A stretch of DNA of 45,455 bases, taken from NCBI GenBank assembly GCA_002778965.1, contig PEXX01000046.1, positions 1 through 45,455 of the forward strand, given 5' to 3'. A program made the translations under genes and the position numbers. The notes beneath the pieces are model-generated. The model was not told where the DNA came from. It saw nothing but the letters and a program-made list of their open reading frames with translations, and ran no database searches. Positions 42,304-45,455 of this stretch are shown here, piece after piece; positions within the stretch are counted from its first letter, which is position 1; every line of letters begins with the position of its first letter. The DNA is from Candidatus Kuenenbacteria bacterium CG08_land_8_20_14_0_20_37_23. GTDB lineage: Bacteria > Patescibacteriota > Patescibacteriia > UBA2196 > GWA2-42-15.

Positions 42304-43464
42304 ATGAAATTATTATATATCTCCAATTCTAGAATTCCGACTACCAAGGCCTACGGCCACCAGATTTTTAAGATGTGCCAGATTTTTGCCAGGCACAATG
42401 TGGCAGTTGAACTAATCTGTCCCAGCCGTAAAAATCCTGAATTCAAAAATGTAGATGCCTTTGTCTACTATCGTATGCCAAAGACTTTCAAGCTTAAAAA
42501 GATTTACTCCTATGATCCGCAATGGTTGATCAAATTCCCAGCAGGTACCTATATCAAATTTCAAGCTTTGCTTTTTATAATCAGTTTACTTATTTATCTA
42601 TTATATAAGAAGAATAGAGCCGAATACATTTTTTATACACGTGATGAATATCTATTGCCTTTATTACAACTGTTCTCAAAACGTGTTGTTTGGGAAGGCC
42701 ATTCCTTGCCCCAAAGAAAAAAGCATTATGCTCATTATTTTAAGCAATGTTATCGCCTAATAGTTTTAACTCATGAATTAAAAAAGATGCTGATTGGGTT
42801 AGGTGTTTCAGCAAATAAAATTTTAGTTTCTCCGGACGCAGTTGAGCTTGAAATTTTTGGCATCCGGCTTGATAAAAATCAGGCGCGGCAAGAATTAAAT
42901 TTGCCGCAAGAGAAGATATTATTTGGCTACAGCGGCAGCTTTAAAACTAAAAATATGGACAAGGGCATTAAAGATATTTTATATGCTTTAAAAATTATTA
43001 TCCAAGAATACCCGCACGCCATGTTTATTGCCGTCGGCGGCGCTCCAGAGCATATCCAAGAATATAAAAATTTAGCTGAACAAATCGGAGTAGCTGATAA
43101 TTCCCAGTTTCTTGCCCAAGTAACCCAAGATAAACTGGCCATTTATCAGCAAGCTTGTGATATAATGCTTATGCCCTTTCCTTGGACAGAGCACTACGCT
43201 TATTTTATGTCGCCGCTTAAAATGTTTGAAAATATGGCTTCCGGCCGGCCGATTATTGCCACTGATTTGCCTGCTATTAAAGAAGTTTTAAATGAAAAAA
43301 ATTCAGTTTTAATTTCCCCAGACAATCCAGTTGGTCTCGCACGAGGTATTATAAAACTTATTGAAGATTCTAATTTGGGAGATAAACTTGCCAGTCAGGC
43401 CAGTCTTGACGTCAAGCAATACACATGGCACAATAGAGTAGAAAAAATAATTAATTTTTTGTGA
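42304..43464 (+). CDS. Group 1 (GT4) glycosyltransferase
   Basis: MKLLYISNSRIPTTKAYGHQ N-terminus and a C-terminal EHYAYFMSPLKMFENMASGRPIIATD motif. Start moved to the ATG at 42304. Confidence 0.82.
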   Translation: MKLLYISNSRIPTTKAYGHQIFKMCQIFARHNVAVELICPSRKNPEFKNVDAFVYYRMPKTFKLKKIYSYDPQWLIKFPAGTYIKFQALLFIISLLIYLLYKKNRAEYIFYTRDEYLLPLLQLFSKRVVWEGHSLPQRKKHYAHYFKQCYRLIVLTHELKKMLIGLGVSANKILVSPDAVELEIFGIRLDKNQARQELNLPQEKILFGYSGSFKTKNMDKGIKDILYALKIIIQEYPHAMFIAVGGAPEHIQEYKNLAEQIGVADNSQFLAQVTQDKLAIYQQACDIMLMPFPWTEHYAYFMSPLKMFENMASGRPIIATDLPAIKEVLNEKNSVLISPDNPVGLARGIIKLIEDSNLGDKLASQASLDVKQYTWHNRVEKIINFL

Positions 43465-43527
43465 ATATTTTACCATTTTTTAAAAATTATCAAATATTAG
43501 CTAAAAAATAAATTAAATGCGGATAAA

Positions 43528-43580
43528 ATAAATAAGTGGTAAAAATTGTTTCGTGATTTTTTACCACTTATTTATCTTTT
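43528..43580 (+). terminator. Rho-independent terminator-like hairpin
   Basis: 18 bp AT-rich stem ataaataagtggtaaaaa (43528-43545) pairs with tttttaccacttatttat (43558-43575). 12 nt loop, followed by ctttt. Confidence 0.55.
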
Positions 43581-43619
43581 TAACTCTCAACTTGTTAATT
43601 TTTTCTAACTCATTTGCAT

Positions 43620-45395
43620 ATGATTAATGACAAACGAATTAGCGCAATTATTAAATTAAGTACCCAAGCTTTTTCTCCTTACAAATGGCATATTATCGGT
43701 CTGATTGTTTTAAGTTTTATCGCCGGCATATTTGAAGGCATAGGTGTTAATGCTTTGATTCCTTTGTTTTCTTTTGCCTTGGGCGGGAGTGAAGGCGGCA
43801 CAGACATTATCTCAAGAACCATTGAAAGGTTTTTTAATTACTTCGGTGCCGCATTTAATGTTACTCATCTGTTGATATTTATCAGTCTGTTGTTTATTTT
43901 TAAGGCAATTTTTTCGCTCATTGTTATTTATATCAAAACTAAAATCAATAACGATTACGGCGAACAGACACGCACCCGTTTGTTTCAAAGTATTTTAAAA
44001 TCAAATTGGCCTCACTTATTACGTCAAAGATTAGGGCATCTGGAAACTATTCTTATGGTTGATGTGCCAGCCAGCCAGAGTTTATTGGAACAAATCAGCG
44101 TTGACATTATGACTGCCGTGAGTCTTTTTGTGTATATTGTTGTAGCAATTAATATTTCTGCCACAACTACCCTAATCGCATTGGTAATTGGCGCTATCTT
44201 TTTTTTGTTACTCAAGCCAACTATTTATAGAATAAAAATATTATCCTATGAAAGGACATTGATCAACCAAAAAACAGCCCATCATATCGGCGAAAATATT
44301 CTTGGCATGAAAACAGTTAAGGCTATGGTTATTGAGCGAGCCGTTGGCGAAAAAGGAATCCGACTTTTTCAAGAGTTAAAACATATCACTATCAAAGTTT
44401 CTTTGTTGAAAAGCATTACATCCCAGCTCATTTTGCCAGTCAGTGTTATTTTTATTTGTGTTGTTTTTGTTTTTTCCTACCATTCGCCATCGTTTAATTT
44501 GGCTGTGTTGGCGGCCGTGGTTTATCTGGTGGAAAAAATATTTACCTATATTCAGCAGTTGGAAAAAGGCCTGCAAAATATTAATGAATGTGTGCCCAAT
44601 TTAAGGAATGTGCTTGATTATGAGAAAAAAGCGCTTGCGGAGCAAGAGCAAGACGTTGGCCAAACTGATTTATCTTACAATAAAAACTTGAAATTTGAGA
44701 ATGTCGGTTTTTTTTATGAAACTGGCCGGCCGGTATTGAAAAATTTAAATTTCGTTTTAAACAAAGGAGAGTCAGTTGGGTTTATCGGTTCGTCCGGAGT
44801 AGGAAAAACCACTCTTGTGGATTTAATTTTGAGGCTGTTGACGCCTACCTCCGGCAATATTCTGATTGACGGGAAAAACATAACTAATTTCAGTCTTTCC
44901 AGCTGGAGGAAAAAAATCGGCTACATCGCTCAAGATATGTTTTTAATTAATGACACAATTGAAAATAATATTAGATTCTATAACCAGAATCTTAGTGCGA
45001 ATGATATTATACAAGCCGCACGCCTGGCTAATATTGATGATTTCATTAATCAATGCCCTCATAAGATGAAAACTATAGTTGGCGAGCGTGGTATTATGCT
45101 CTCTGTTGGCCAGCGGCAACGCCTTGTGATTGCCAGAATTTTGGCCGTTCAGCCGGAAATATTAATTCTAGATGAAGCCACTAGCGCCCTAGATAACGAG
45201 TCAGAGCTCAAAATTCAGAAAGTTATTAAAAATCTTAAAGGTAAAATAACTGTTTTAATCATTGCCCACCGTCTATCCACTGTGATTAATTTGGACAATG
45301 TTATAGTTTTGGATAATGGCATGATCGCGGAACAGGGAGCCCCTCGTGAATTGTTAAAAAATAAAAATTCTTATTTTCATAAAGTATATACTTGA
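43620..45395 (+). CDS. ABC exporter, fused permease/ATPase (MsbA-like)
   Basis: Six N-terminal TM helices. Walker A GSSGVGKTT, signature LSVGQRQR, Walker B ILILDEATSALD, H-loop IAHRL. Confidence 0.88.
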   Translation: MINDKRISAIIKLSTQAFSPYKWHIIGLIVLSFIAGIFEGIGVNALIPLFSFALGGSEGGTDIISRTIERFFNYFGAAFNVTHLLIFISLLFIFKAIFSLIVIYIKTKINNDYGEQTRTRLFQSILKSNWPHLLRQRLGHLETILMVDVPASQSLLEQISVDIMTAVSLFVYIVVAINISATTTLIALVIGAIFFLLLKPTIYRIKILSYERTLINQKTAHHIGENILGMKTVKAMVIERAVGEKGIRLFQELKHITIKVSLLKSITSQLILPVSVIFICVVFVFSYHSPSFNLAVLAAVVYLVEKIFTYIQQLEKGLQNINECVPNLRNVLDYEKKALAEQEQDVGQTDLSYNKNLKFENVGFFYETGRPVLKNLNFVLNKGESVGFIGSSGVGKTTLVDLILRLLTPTSGNILIDGKNITNFSLSSWRKKIGYIAQDMFLINDTIENNIRFYNQNLSANDIIQAARLANIDDFINQCPHKMKTIVGERGIMLSVGQRQRLVIARILAVQPEILILDEATSALDNESELKIQKVIKNLKGKITVLIIAHRLSTVINLDNVIVLDNGMIAEQGAPRELLKNKNSYFHKVYT

Positions 45396-45455
45396 CACTA
45401 GGGCATAATTCCAGCCCCAGATTTAATAGCCTGTTTTTTAGACAATAACAAATTT

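Noticed and set aside
1-45455. Alternative genetic code (UGA recoded, as in some CPR lineages)
   Set aside because: Conserved genes such as mraY and RNase HI end at their expected lengths on TGA. All conserved proteins translate without in-frame TGA interruptions under the standard code.
45396-45455. Possible gene end or terminator after the ABC exporter at the window edge
   Set aside because: Only 60 nt are available, with no convincing hairpin or ORF evidence.

Overview
AT-rich (about one-third G+C by eye), gene-dense chromosomal segment read in the standard genetic code. Gene content suggests a Candidate Phyla Radiation / Patescibacteria (Parcubacteria-like) bacterium; that assignment is an inference. 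I found no rRNA, tRNA, CRISPR array, transposase or integrase. Positions 1-27.8 kb hold housekeeping and envelope genes: a PHP phosphoesterase fragment, mraY, type IV pilus pilB-pilC, a sigma-region-4/HARE-HTH protein, a membrane protein coupled to a TraD/VirD4-like ATPase, uppP, an S41 protease, rplI, pyrG, murJ, dus, recJ, RNase HI, a minimal alaS, and the infA-rpmJ-rpsM-rpsK-rpsD-rpoA-rplQ-rplM-rpsI cluster. Positions 27.9-45.4 kb form a surface-glycan locus: a GT-C enzyme, RmlC-like, HIT, AhcY, RmlB, a Wzx-like flippase, two GT4, two GT2, a Wzy/O-antigen-ligase-like protein, a SAM methyltransferase and an MsbA-like ABC exporter. The glycan locus carries three kinds of repeat that lie inside or at the ends of intact reading frames. 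(1) Short tandem arrays of 7-8 nt units in a GT4, a GT2 and the Wzy-like gene, which are candidate slipped-strand phase-variation tracts. (2) A roughly 100-130 bp element with terminal inverted repeats in three copies; two supply the stop codon of the upstream gene and one is translated in frame. (3) A double GGTTCA...TGAACC hairpin element with one intergenic copy and one in-frame copy, with base changes that keep the stems paired. A four-gene, fully overlapping MNT-HEPN-HEPN-MNT toxin-antitoxin cassette with its own apparently leaderless promoter splits the locus. Other oddities: RpoA lacks an alpha-CTD and ends in an AT-hook; AlaRS lacks the C-Ala domain and most of the editing beta-barrel; the TraD-like ATPase has a CxxC-x17-CxxC tail and no other T4SS parts nearby; Shine-Dalgarno sequences are almost absent. 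All calls rest on reading the sequence and translations by eye; no searches were run.
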